From NCBI GenBank assembly GCA_003694495.1, contig RFJO01000038.1, positions 1-35,433 on the forward strand: a stretch of 35,433 bases of DNA. Reading direction: 5' to 3'. The notes below the pieces were generated by a model. That model made no database searches. It saw only the letters and a list, made by a program, of their open reading frames with translations, and was not told the origin of the DNA. Position 1 is the first letter of the stretch, and the number at the start of each line of letters is the position of its first letter. Source of the stretch: Candidatus Woesearchaeota archaeon. GTDB taxonomy: Archaea > Nanobdellota > Nanobdellia > SCGC-AAA011-G17 > GW2011-AR17. Below, piece by piece: positions 14,493 to 23,296 of the stretch. A program made the translations under genes and the position numbers.

Positions 14493-15127
14493 TCTAAAAA
14501 CCCATCGTCAAGGTTGCCTGTGTTTGAGTATCCTCTACTTTCCCAATAACCTTTATAATCACTGTTGTTTGAAACTTCTATCCTTGTTATCCATTTAATC
14601 CATTTGTAGCCCCATTTGTCCTCAGCTACAAGCTGGAACGGGTAGCCTCTCTCCGGAGGAAGAACAACATCGTTCATTTTGTACGCCATTATGATGTCGT
14701 TGTCAAGCAGGTAACTTAACGGGAATGATGTAGAGTAACCGTCGTAAGCGTAAAATATCACAGTTGTGGCTTCAGGCAAAATGCCGGCGTCATTTAAAAT
14801 GTCTTTCACCAAAACTCCTTCCCATAAAATGTTAGCGCTCCAACCTTCAACACAGTTTAATTTTACAACCTTTTTATATTTTTGATACGATAACACGTCA
14901 TCGTAAGTTAAACTTAGTTTGTTTTTAACTAACCCGTTAACTTTAAGCTTATAATCTGCAATGTTGATATATTGAGGGCCTTTGATTGAGTTTTCCCTGA
15001 AATCTGAAACAGAGTCTAACTTTTTGCCTTGGTATTCCCTAACTTCTTTGCTTTGCAATTCTTTGACGTTTTGATTAACGCAACCTAGTAAGAGAATTAA
15101 AATTATGATTGTGAAAAAAGTTTTCAT
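14489..15127 (-). CDS. exported oxidoreductase with molybdopterin-binding domain (sulfite oxidase / MsrP-YedY family), lipobox signal
   Basis: The N-terminus MKTFFTIIILILLLGC is a lipobox-type signal (LLGC). The body carries family-typical strings: YKLKVNGLV...LSLTYDDVL, LNCVEGWSANILWEGV, YDGYSTSFPL, MAYKMNDVVLPPERGYPFQLVAEDKWGYKWIKWITRIEV. Confidence 0.75.
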   Translation of the reverse strand: MKTFFTIIILILLLGCVNQNVKELQSKEVREYQGKKLDSVSDFRENSIKGPQYINIADYKLKVNGLVKNKLSLTYDDVLSYQKYKKVVKLNCVEGWSANILWEGVLVKDILNDAGILPEATTVIFYAYDGYSTSFPLSYLLDNDIIMAYKMNDVVLPPERGYPFQLVAEDKWGYKWIKWITRIEVSNNSDYKGYWESRGYSNTGNLDDGFLE

Positions 15128-15200
15128 GCTTTTTTGTAAGAGTTTATGTACATATAAATTTAACGATACTTTTTTATATTTAAGCTGCGTAAGAATTAAT

Positions 15201-15608
15201 ATGTTATCATTGATTATGGCATTGCTAGGAATACTTTATGCAGTGGTGGGTGCAACGGCAACATTGGCAAACCTTAACGTAAACGTGTTCATGCTGCCTT
15301 CATTATTTTACACACCAATCGCAACAAAGATAGCTTTGGCTATAGGCGCAATAATGCTGTTCATTGCATCGTGGCTGATAAAAGACATGAACGCAAGCCT
15401 TGACTGGAGCCTTATAATAACTTCCATAATTTTTCTTCCTATAGGAACCTTCCCATTGTTGCAGGATTATAACTTTTTTAACATGTTGCCGTTTACGCTT
15501 AAATTGGATTTGCCTAACATAGTGTACAGCGTAATGTTGTTCCTGTTTGGGATTTTTCTTATATTCTGGACAGTAAAAATGAGAAGGTCTTCTATGTTCT
15601 TCGGATAA
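15201..15608 (+). CDS. integral membrane protein (135 aa from ATG at 15201, about 4 TM helices), unknown function
   Basis: The track ORF starts at 15105 but would then overlap the divergent gene. The ATG at 15201 gives MLSLIMALLGILYAVVGA... and is preceded by TTTTTATATT at -21 to -30. Confidence 0.6.
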   Translation: MLSLIMALLGILYAVVGATATLANLNVNVFMLPSLFYTPIATKIALAIGAIMLFIASWLIKDMNASLDWSLIITSIIFLPIGTFPLLQDYNFFNMLPFTLKLDLPNIVYSVMLFLFGIFLIFWTVKMRRSSMFFG

Positions 15609-15659
15609 ATATATCCTGAATCAGCATAAACTTAATAAACAAATAATATATTCCAACAG

Positions 15660-16409
15660 ATGAAAATGAATTTGACATTAGCAGAACCAAGGTTGTTGAA
15701 AGAAAGCGTGAATATTATATCTGAACTTGTGAACGAAGTGACGTTTAAGGTTGACCCTGCAAAGATTGAACTTGTTGCAATGGATCCTGCAAACGTCGCA
15801 ATGGTGGATTTTAAGCTGCTTAGCACGGCGTTTGCCGAGTATGATGTTAAAGAAGATAAAGAAATCTCTGTTAACCTTGATAATCTTAAAGCAATATTGA
15901 AAAGAGCAAAGCCTACGGATACAATCCAGCTTAAACTGGATGAAGAAAAAAACAGGTTGAAGATTGAACTTGTTGGGGAAAATAAAAGAACATTTAACTT
16001 AGCATTGTTAAATGTTGACGAGGGTGAACAAAAAGTGCCAAACCTTGAGTTTGGTGCAAGGGTTGAAACCTCTACAACCAAGTTTGATGAAGCTATAGAA
16101 GACATGGGCGTGGTGGCTGAGTCTGTTGCATTGATGGTTGAGGACGGAAAGTTTGTGGTTAAGTCTGAAAGCAACTTTAGTGATGCAAGCGTAGTTATAC
16201 CGCAGACAGAAGAAACCAAAATTGATGCCGGAGAAAATGTGCGTGCAAAGTATTCCATCGAGTACCTGAAAAAGATGATTAAAGGGTCTAAGCTAGCAGA
16301 CAATATTGTTATAAGCTTTGGCATGGATTATCCTCTGAAGATTGAGTATATTCTATTGGACAAGCTTAAGTTAGGATTCGTTCTTGCGCCTAGGGTAAGT
16401 AATGATTAA
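15660..16409 (+). CDS. pcn: DNA polymerase sliding clamp PCNA
   Basis: 249 aa. LAEPRLLKESVNIISELVNEVTFKVDPAKIELVAMDPANVAMVDFKL... and ...YSIEYLKKMIKGSKLADNIVISFGMDYPLKIEY are typical of archaeal PCNA in both length and layout. Confidence 0.9.
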   Translation: MKMNLTLAEPRLLKESVNIISELVNEVTFKVDPAKIELVAMDPANVAMVDFKLLSTAFAEYDVKEDKEISVNLDNLKAILKRAKPTDTIQLKLDEEKNRLKIELVGENKRTFNLALLNVDEGEQKVPNLEFGARVETSTTKFDEAIEDMGVVAESVALMVEDGKFVVKSESNFSDASVVIPQTEETKIDAGENVRAKYSIEYLKKMIKGSKLADNIVISFGMDYPLKIEYILLDKLKLGFVLAPRVSND

Positions 16410-16447
16410 GACCTATCTCTTGAAGGAAAAATAAATTTATAGAAACA

Positions 16448-16455
16448 TTTAAATA
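16448..16455 (+). promoter_or_regulatory. TATA box of the first wHTH-nucleotidyltransferase/HEPN operon
   Basis: TTTAAATA lies 32-39 nt upstream of the ATG at 16487. Confidence 0.45.
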
Positions 16456-16475
16456 TGTTATAATTATTATAACAT
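16455..16475. promoter_or_regulatory. 21-nt perfect inverted repeat (putative operator)
   Basis: ATGTTATAAT-T-ATTATAACAT has 10-nt arms that are exact reverse complements. It sits between the TATA box and the start codon of the wHTH-containing gene. Confidence 0.5.
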
Positions 16476-16486
16476 TTGTTACTAAA

Positions 16487-17089
16487 ATGATAACAATACT
16501 AAAGCCAGGGTACTTCAAGATCATGCAACTTTTTTATAAGGATAAAACTGTCAAGCTGCACCTAAGGGAAATAGCAAGGCGGACAAAATTGCATGAGCCG
16601 AGCGTGTCAAGATTTTTAAGCAGCCTTGAAAAAGACCAAATGCTGAAGTCAGAGAAGGACGGTAACCTAAAGAAATACTCGGTTAAGAAAGGTTTGAGGG
16701 CTTATTTTTTATTTGAAGCAATTGATCTTGACCGTTTTGAAAAGCTTCCAAGCATAAGAAGAAACGCCATAAAAACGTATTTGGACAATCTTCCGGAAAA
16801 GCCGATCTTTGCAGTGCTTTTCGGCTCAACTGTAAAAGGAACATACAAAGAAGACTCAGACATAGACATCCTTATCATAACCAATAAGAAGATATCCGCA
16901 AAGAAAGCAGAAAAAGAAACAGATGCACTTACAGCAATGAAGATAAGCACGTTCCAGATGACTTATAAAGACTTCTTAACTGAACTTAAGATGAAAGAAG
17001 ACAAGGTTGTTCAATCAGCAATCAACTCAGGATATCCACTGATCAATCACATACAATACTATGAGGTGCTTTACGATGAGAGAATATGA
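16487..17089 (+). CDS. winged-helix + minimal nucleotidyltransferase (MNT) domain protein, partner of a HEPN protein
   Basis: The N-terminal wHTH-like segment is LHLREIARRTKLHEPSVSRFLSSLEKDQMLKSEK. The Pol-beta-type NTase signature is AVLFGSTVKGTYKEDSDIDILIIT (GS...DxD). Confidence 0.8.
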   Translation: MITILKPGYFKIMQLFYKDKTVKLHLREIARRTKLHEPSVSRFLSSLEKDQMLKSEKDGNLKKYSVKKGLRAYFLFEAIDLDRFEKLPSIRRNAIKTYLDNLPEKPIFAVLFGSTVKGTYKEDSDIDILIITNKKISAKKAEKETDALTAMKISTFQMTYKDFLTELKMKEDKVVQSAINSGYPLINHIQYYEVLYDERI

Positions 17090-17600
17090 CCTTCAAAAGT
17101 TGATTAATAATCCGGAAATTGTTGATAAGAAAATAAAAGAGCTCATGGAGAAGAAGTTATTGTTCAAGCAAGAGGTTGACAAAGAAGAGATGATGGGCTA
17201 CCTATTAAAGGCCGAACATAATTTGCGGTTTGTGTTAAAGATAATTAAAGAAAATTTCTTTGACTGGGCGCTGACTGGATGTTATTATAGCTGCTACCAT
17301 GCAGCACTTGCACTTATACAAAGCAAAGGATATACATCAAAAAATCATTTAGCAACCCTATGTGTAATCATAAAAGAGTTTTATAAAAAAGAACTTACAA
17401 AAGAAGACGTTGAGATACTCTCTAATTTCTTGGATTATGAAGATGTCTTATTTTATGTTGAAACAAAGCATAAACGTGAAGATGCTACATATTCGACTAA
17501 AACACACTTTGACAAGAATGAAGTGGAACGGCTGAGAATGCAGGCAACAATGTTTGTGAACAAGATTAAAGATGTCCTAAAAGAAGTCATTTATAGGTAA
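17076..17600 (+). CDS. HEPN domain protein
   Basis: LLKAEHNLRFV...FFDWALTGCYYSCYHAALALIQSKGYTSKNHLATL is the typical helical HEPN core of MNT-associated HEPN proteins. I prefer the ATG at 17076 (GGTG 7 nt upstream) over the track start at 17061. It overlaps the MNT gene end. Confidence 0.75.
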   Translation: MREYDLQKLINNPEIVDKKIKELMEKKLLFKQEVDKEEMMGYLLKAEHNLRFVLKIIKENFFDWALTGCYYSCYHAALALIQSKGYTSKNHLATLCVIIKEFYKKELTKEDVEILSNFLDYEDVLFYVETKHKREDATYSTKTHFDKNEVERLRMQATMFVNKIKDVLKEVIYR

Positions 17601-17690
17601 TTAGAAATTGACAAAATGAGTTATTTTATTTATAATGGCAATTCAGAAAAACTAGTAGGCAATCTGTTGAATAAACTGATAAATTCAGAA

Positions 17691-17724
17691 TTAACTTAAG
17701 TTAATATGTTTTAACTAAGGTTAA
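17691..17724. promoter_or_regulatory. two TTAAC-N4-GTTAA inverted repeats (putative operators) upstream of the second MNT/HEPN module
   Basis: TTAACTTAAGTTAA (17691-17704) is a perfect 14-nt palindrome, and TTAACTAAGGTTAA (17711-17724) has the same arms. Their centres are 20 nt apart, immediately upstream of the ATG at 17726. Confidence 0.45.
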
Positions 17725-17725
17725 A

Positions 17726-18255
17726 ATGTATAAACATCCTTCCAAGAAAATATCCTGAGGGTATTATTTACTAAAAATGGGGCTGTCTTAAATCAAAGGC
17801 AGATCGCAAAGGCAGTAAATGCGAGCCCGCCAGGTGTTATGAAGGCATTGCCTCTTCTTGAAAAATTAGATTATATCAAATTAAAAAAGATAAAGAAACA
17901 AAAAGGTGGGCAATAATGTTAAACACATCAAATCAAAAAGTGATGTAACTAAAAATGGTTGATAACCTCAAACGATTATACGAATCAGGTCTTGCAGATG
18001 TTTTGGAAAAGGAGTTTGCTGGGGCAACAATAATTCTCTTCGGTTCTTACTCCAGAGGGGAAGACTTAAAGGGGTCAGATATAGACATTGCAGTTATAGG
18101 TAGAAAAGAGAAGGAATTAGATATTGAAAAATATGAAAAATTATTGCATAGGCCAATTTACATAAATTTTTATGAATCATGGAAAAAGATCCATAAGCAT
18201 TTAAAAAAATAATATATTAAACGGAATAGTTCTTGCTGAAAGTGTTGAAGTGTGA
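17726..18255 (+). pseudogene. disrupted wHTH-nucleotidyltransferase gene (paralog of 16487-17089); only an 85-aa NTase core ORF (17955-18212) is intact
   Basis: The pieces lie in three frames:
- MYKHPSKKIS* from 17726;
- ...ENILRVLFTKNGAVLNQRQIAKAVNASPPGVMKALPLLEKLDYIKLKK...* (17734-17916, wHTH-like);
- ...WAIMLNTSNQKVM*LKMVDNLKRLYESGL...ATIILFGSYSRGEDLKGSDIDIAVIG, with an in-frame TAA at 17946-17948.
The frame changes coincide with A-runs at 17747-17750 and 17900-17904. The ORF ends in an A7 run (18203-18209), after which another frame reads NNILNGIVLAESVEV* and stops at 18253-18255, overlapping the HEPN GTG start by 4 nt. Confidence 0.65.
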
Positions 18256-18683
18256 AAGATTTTAACGAGTATTTAGAGAAGGGAATTGTTAAAAAAGTCA
18301 CCTCTGATAAACAAAGGGCAGAGAACCTCATGCAGGAATCAGATAGCAAATATGATTTCCTCAACAAAATGATTGAGAAAATGGGAATAGATGACAATAC
18401 TGCAAATAACTTTATTGAATTTTGCTATAACATAATCATCTACCGAATAAGAGCTATTATGCTGGAACAGGGCTTTTCAAGTTCAGGGTTTGGGGCTCAC
18501 GAAGCAGAAGTTGCTTTTGCAGCAAAATTAGGTTTTAGTGAAAGAGACGTCAGAATTTTAGATCAACTAAGATACTTTAGGAATGGTATTCTCTATTATG
18601 CTAAGAAGTTTGATAAGGAATACGCTGAGAAAATAATCAATTTTACAAGAGAGATCATTAAGAGGTTAAAATGGCAAAACTAG
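18252..18683 (+). CDS. HEPN domain protein (second copy)
   Basis: GTG start. NNFIEFCYNIIIYRIRAIMLEQGFSSSGFGAHEAEVAFAAKLG...LDQLRYFRNGILYYAKKF has the same helical HEPN layout as 17076-17600. Confidence 0.7.
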   Translation: MKDFNEYLEKGIVKKVTSDKQRAENLMQESDSKYDFLNKMIEKMGIDDNTANNFIEFCYNIIIYRIRAIMLEQGFSSSGFGAHEAEVAFAAKLGFSERDVRILDQLRYFRNGILYYAKKFDKEYAEKIINFTREIIKRLKWQN

Positions 18684-18710
18684 TCCCTTCTCATAAATAT
18701 CCTATTTTCT

Positions 18711-20066
18711 CTAAATAATTAGCTTATTGTGTCTTTTCCATGAACCGTTGGCAAACCATACAACAGCTATTAACGCTGAGATAATGTTTGCAGACGGGAA
18801 AGCTAGCCAAATGCCTGTAGATTGAAGTGAAGTATAATTGGATAAAATGTAAGCAATTGGAAGTCTTAGCACCCATAATGAAATTATGGACAGAAGCATT
18901 GAAGTTAAAGTGTTGCCAGAACCCCTGAACGCGCCGTTGATTGCCATTTGTACAGCGATAAAGCCAAACGTTAGGCTTGTTATGCGGAGAAAAAGTGTGC
19001 TTAACTTAATTGTTTCAACATCGCCCGGAATGAAAAATGAAGATATGGGCCTAGCGAAAATGAAAAATAAAATGCCTACCAAGCTTAAAACAACAAAACC
19101 AGTAACCAAACTTATCTTAACTGTTTTTTCTGCGCGTTCTGTTTTTTTTGCACCAATGTTTTGGCCTACTAAAGTTGAAGTGGACATGGAGATTGCCAAG
19201 GAAGGTATTATGATAAAACTAATGATCCTTGCGCCAATGCCGTAAGCAGCCAACACTGTGGCGCCGAACCTTGAAACAATGAAAACCATTATTGTCATGC
19301 CTAATGCCCTGGTTGATTGTTCAATAGAGGTTGGAAAGCCAAGCTTGGTTAACTTCTTTATCAACCTAAAGTCAGGTTTGATTTTTTTAATGTCTAACTT
19401 AATATCATGGTTGCCTTTGAATAGAAAGTAAAGTCCTATAACGAATGCTAAAAGTTGTGTGGACAACGTTGCAACGGCTGCCCCTGCAACGCCGTACGAT
19501 GGTATGAACCATTTTCCAAAAATGAATAACGGGTCAAGGATTAAGTTGAGAAGAACTGAACTTAAAATAATATACATTGGGACCTTTACCTCGCCAACAC
19601 CACGCATTAGTGATTGGAATGCGATGTAGCCGAAAACAAAAATGAAACCAATAAATGAGATTTGTAGATAACTTACTGCGCCATGATAAATTGTTGGGTC
19701 TTGGGTAAGAAGGCGGATTATGAATGGTGTTAGCAAATAGCCAATAAAGGAAAGTACTGCAGAAACAATAAGTACCATTAGCATTGTTTGCGTTGCGGTG
19801 TGGTTGATACGGTTGTTATCCTTTTTGCCTTTATATTGTGATACTAAAATTGAGCCTGCGATAGCTAAACCTGAAGCTAAAGAAATTACCAAGAAAATAA
19901 TAGGGAAACTTATCGAGACTGATGCAACGGCTTCCTTGCCTAACCTTCCAACCCAAAATGTGTCTGTAAGGTTGTAAGCTGTCTGAAGAAGGTTGGCAAG
20001 AATTAACGGGATTGATAATGTTAAAAGTGATTTTAGTATTGAACCTTGAGTTAAGTCTTTAGCCAT
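18711..20066 (-). CDS. MATE family efflux transporter
   Basis: 451 aa and about 12 TM helices. The N-terminus GSILKSLLTLSIPLILANLLQTAYNLTDTFWVGRLGKEAVASVS is the classic MATE (NorM/DinF) opening motif, and the internal duplication is visible (...STRALGMTIMVFIVSRFGATVLAAYGIGARI...). Confidence 0.85.
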   Translation of the reverse strand: MAKDLTQGSILKSLLTLSIPLILANLLQTAYNLTDTFWVGRLGKEAVASVSISFPIIFLVISLASGLAIAGSILVSQYKGKKDNNRINHTATQTMLMVLIVSAVLSFIGYLLTPFIIRLLTQDPTIYHGAVSYLQISFIGFIFVFGYIAFQSLMRGVGEVKVPMYIILSSVLLNLILDPLFIFGKWFIPSYGVAGAAVATLSTQLLAFVIGLYFLFKGNHDIKLDIKKIKPDFRLIKKLTKLGFPTSIEQSTRALGMTIMVFIVSRFGATVLAAYGIGARIISFIIIPSLAISMSTSTLVGQNIGAKKTERAEKTVKISLVTGFVVLSLVGILFFIFARPISSFFIPGDVETIKLSTLFLRITSLTFGFIAVQMAINGAFRGSGNTLTSMLLSIISLWVLRLPIAYILSNYTSLQSTGIWLAFPSANIISALIAVVWFANGSWKRHNKLII

Positions 20067-20156
20067 TTAATAACCTTAAAATAATGTTGTTTATAAAACT
20101 TTTTTATAATAAAAAAAGCAAATTTTATAAATGTCTATTTAAATACTATAAACCCT

Positions 20157-23100
20157 ATGTACGAATTTAAAAAAACTGAAGAAAGTGTGTTGAAGTTCTG
20201 GGAAGATAATAACATATACAAAAAAGCCGTGGAAAAGAATAAAGGTAAAAAGAAGTTTTATTTTCTGCAAGGTCCGCCGTACACTAGCGGAAGGTTGCAT
20301 ATTGCTCATGCGTGGAATAATTCTTTGAAAGATATCATGCTTAGGTATAAAAGAATGAAAGGGTTTGACGTGTGGGACAGGGCTGGGTATGATATGCATG
20401 GGCTGCCTACAGCGAAGAAAGTTATGGCTGAGCATAACCTAAAAACTAAAGAAGATATACAAAAGTTTGGTGTTGAAAAGTTCATAAATGAGTGTATAAA
20501 TTTCTCAAAAGAAAAAGCAAGGATAATGGATAAGGATTTGTGGAGGGTTGGGATTTGGATGGATTATGAAAATGCTTACTGGCCGATAAGAAATGAATAT
20601 ATAGAAAGTGTGTGGTTTCTTATAAAAAAAGCCGATGAGAAAAAAAGGCTTTATGAAGGTTTAAGAACAATGAGCTGGTGCCCGAGCTGCCAGACTGCTA
20701 TGGCTAAACACGAGTGCCAGTATAAAGAAGTTGAAGAAGATTCAATATTTGTTAAGTTTAAATTGAAAGGCAAAGATGATGAGTATATTCTTGTATGGAC
20801 GACGACGCCGTGGACTATGGCGTATAATCTTGCAGTGATGGTTAACCCTGAACTGGATTATGTTAAAGTTGACGTTGGTGGAGAGAAGTGGATCATAGCG
20901 AAAGGGTTGATGGCAATATTCTTGAACAATTATACGGATAAAAAGTATCATATAGTGGAAGAGTTTAAAGGCGAGGAAATGGATGGGTGGGAGTATGTGC
21001 ACCCGTGGCATGATAAGATACCTTATTTTGATGAGCTTAAACAAAAGTACCCAAAAGTGCATACTGTGTTGTTGTCCTCAGAGTATGTTAACTTGGGTGC
21101 AGGCACAGGCTTAGTGCATTGTGCACCGGGTTGCGGGCCTGAGGATTATGAAGTGGGACACAGGAATAATGTGCCGCCGTTCAATAACCTAAAAGAAGAT
21201 GGGACTTTCCCGGAAGAAATGGGAGAGTTTGCAGGGTTGAAAGCGAAAACTGATGATAAAGTCTTTATACAAAAGCTTGACGAGGTTGGGGCGTTGATTG
21301 CTGTTACAAAAGTTGAGCATGATTATGCGCACTGTGAAAGGTGTCATAGCCCTGTGGTGTTCAGAGCAACCAAACAGTGGTTCTTTAAAACTGAAGATAT
21401 AAAAGATAAAATGCTTGACATGAATAAAGATGTTTTGTGGGTGCCTGAGTCAGGGAAAAATGCGTTTGATTCCTGGCTTGACAACCTTAGGGATAATTCT
21501 ATAACCAAGCAAAGGTTCTGGGGTACACCAGTGCCAATATGGAAGTGTGAGTGCGGAAATTATGTTGTTGTGTCTTCAAGGAAAGAAATGCAAGAACTTA
21601 ACGCGAAAAATGTTCCTGAGAACTTGCATAAGCCGTGGATTGATGAAGTTAAAATACCTTGCAAGAAGTGCGGCAAGGATATGACAAGGTTGCCGGATGT
21701 GCTTGACGTGTGGATTGATGCAGGGTGCGCGTCGTGGGCTTGCCTGGAATATCCGCATAGGAAGGATTTGTTTGAAAGACTTTACCCTGCAGATTTTATA
21801 CTTGAAGCAAGGGAACAAGTTAGAGGGTGGTTTAACCTGCTTATGGTTGCATCAACTTTGGCTTTTGATAATGCGTCGTTCAAGAATGTTTACATGCATG
21901 GAATGTTGACTGACATTGAAGGACAAAAAATGTCTAAGTCTTTAGGCAATGTTATTTCGCCGTATGAGCTTATAGATAAATACGGTGCTGACACGTTAAG
22001 GTTCTATATGTGCAGGACTAATGCAGGCGAAGATATAAAGTTTAGCTGGGAGGAAGCTAAGCTGAAGTATAAAAACCTTTCAATATTGTGGAACTTGCAT
22101 AGTTATCTTATAGAATATGCTAATAACCTTAATATTAATGCGAAAGAGTTTGATGTTGAGCAAGAGTTTGATGTGGAAGAACTTTATATGTTGTCTAAGT
22201 TGAACTCTACCATAAAAGATGTTACTAACTTGTATGAAAATTATAAGATAGATGATGTGCCTAAGCTGATTGAAGATTTATTCTTAGAACTGAGCAGGAC
22301 GTATGTGCAGATTATAAGGGATAAAGTGGTGCTTAAGCCTAAAGTTGTGTTAACAACGTTGTTTAAAGTGTTGTATGAAACTGTAAAAATGCTGGCAACT
22401 ATTTCGCCTTTCATAAGTGAGAAGATTTATCTTAACCTGAAAGACAAGTTTGGGCTTGAAAAGGAAAGCGTGCATTTGCTTGAATGGCCTGAAGCTGATG
22501 AAAGTTTGATTGACAAAAAGCTTGAGAAAGATTTTGAAATCGTGCAAAATGTTGTGCAGGCTGTGCTGGCTGCAAGAGAAAAGGCAGGGATAAGCGTAAG
22601 GTGGCCGCTGAAAGAAGCTGTCGTTTTAACAAAGGATGATGCTGCGTGGGAAGCTGTGGAGAGCTTGAAAAACCTTGTCATGCTTCAAACTAATGTGAAA
22701 GATGTAGTTCTTATGCCGACAATGAAAGGCGCAACGTTGCAGATTACGCCAAACAAAGGACAGATTGGCAAAGACTTTAAACAGGATTCGCCTAAAATAT
22801 TGAACGAACTTAATGATGAAATCATGAAAAAGATTAATGAGGAAGGTAAGGCTTACATTGGAGATTTTGAGTTGACGGAAAAGCATATTAACGTAACAGA
22901 AACGTTGCCGGAAAATTTGGTGGCTTCAGATTTTAGGTATGGTAATGTGCAGATAAACACAGAGATTACAAAAGAGCTTGAACAGGAAGGGTTTGCAAGA
23001 GAAGTTACCAGGAGAATACAGGAAATGAGGAAACAGCAAGGGTTGACAAGGGATGACAAAATTGAAGTTTCAATTGTGTCAAATTATGATTTATCTAACT

Positions 23101-23225
23101 GGGGAAAAGAGATCAAAACTAAAGTGGGGGCAGTTGCCCTGTATTTTGAAGATAAAGGGTTTGAAGTGTCAAATGAAGTCGAAATTAAGGGGGAAAACTT
23201 TAAACTGGCACTGAGAACTCTTTGA
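20157..23225 (+). CDS. ileS: isoleucyl-tRNA synthetase
   Basis: 1022 aa. It has the HIGH motif (GRLHIAHAWN), the KMSKS motif (GQKMSKSLGN), the editing-domain region (VWTTTPWTM) and the class Ia IleRS layout. Confidence 0.95.
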   Translation: MYEFKKTEESVLKFWEDNNIYKKAVEKNKGKKKFYFLQGPPYTSGRLHIAHAWNNSLKDIMLRYKRMKGFDVWDRAGYDMHGLPTAKKVMAEHNLKTKEDIQKFGVEKFINECINFSKEKARIMDKDLWRVGIWMDYENAYWPIRNEYIESVWFLIKKADEKKRLYEGLRTMSWCPSCQTAMAKHECQYKEVEEDSIFVKFKLKGKDDEYILVWTTTPWTMAYNLAVMVNPELDYVKVDVGGEKWIIAKGLMAIFLNNYTDKKYHIVEEFKGEEMDGWEYVHPWHDKIPYFDELKQKYPKVHTVLLSSEYVNLGAGTGLVHCAPGCGPEDYEVGHRNNVPPFNNLKEDGTFPEEMGEFAGLKAKTDDKVFIQKLDEVGALIAVTKVEHDYAHCERCHSPVVFRATKQWFFKTEDIKDKMLDMNKDVLWVPESGKNAFDSWLDNLRDNSITKQRFWGTPVPIWKCECGNYVVVSSRKEMQELNAKNVPENLHKPWIDEVKIPCKKCGKDMTRLPDVLDVWIDAGCASWACLEYPHRKDLFERLYPADFILEAREQVRGWFNLLMVASTLAFDNASFKNVYMHGMLTDIEGQKMSKSLGNVISPYELIDKYGADTLRFYMCRTNAGEDIKFSWEEAKLKYKNLSILWNLHSYLIEYANNLNINAKEFDVEQEFDVEELYMLSKLNSTIKDVTNLYENYKIDDVPKLIEDLFLELSRTYVQIIRDKVVLKPKVVLTTLFKVLYETVKMLATISPFISEKIYLNLKDKFGLEKESVHLLEWPEADESLIDKKLEKDFEIVQNVVQAVLAAREKAGISVRWPLKEAVVLTKDDAAWEAVESLKNLVMLQTNVKDVVLMPTMKGATLQITPNKGQIGKDFKQDSPKILNELNDEIMKKINEEGKAYIGDFELTEKHINVTETLPENLVASDFRYGNVQINTEITKELEQEGFAREVTRRIQEMRKQQGLTRDDKIEVSIVSNYDLSNWGKEIKTKVGAVALYFEDKGFEVSNEVEIKGENFKLALRTL

Positions 23226-23296
23226 TTTATTTATAAATACATTTATAAAGGAATATAACTTCTCTAGTATATAAATTATCTATAGGGGGTATCTAA

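Noticed and set aside
15105-15200. 5' extension of the membrane-protein ORF (track start 15105). The same issue applies to the track starts at 23919 (TTG, mcm), 31969 (GTG, rps15), 32423 (rps3ae), 33250 and 2080 (TTG).
   Set aside because: The extensions overlap neighbouring genes or promoter elements and add non-conserved residues. Downstream ATGs give canonical N-termini and have TATA or Shine-Dalgarno-like elements at sensible distances.
15632-16324. 230-aa ORF antisense to PCNA.
   Set aside because: It lies entirely within the strongly supported pcn gene on the other strand. Its product is low-complexity and S/T/L-rich with no start context, so it is a shadow ORF.
17946-17948. The in-frame TAA in the second MNT gene, considered as possible stop-codon recoding.
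   Set aside because: TAA, TAG and TGA all terminate well-conserved genes at the expected ends in this window (for example TAA for tbp and rps15, TAG for truD, TGA for ileS). The same gene also carries frameshifts, so decay is the simpler explanation.
17076-18683. Neither HEPN protein has a canonical R-x4-6-H motif. They have KREDATY and RNGILYY instead.
   Set aside because: I am not sure the MNT-associated HEPN subfamily requires the His, and an R...Y pattern may be normal for it. Without an alignment this cannot be called unusual.
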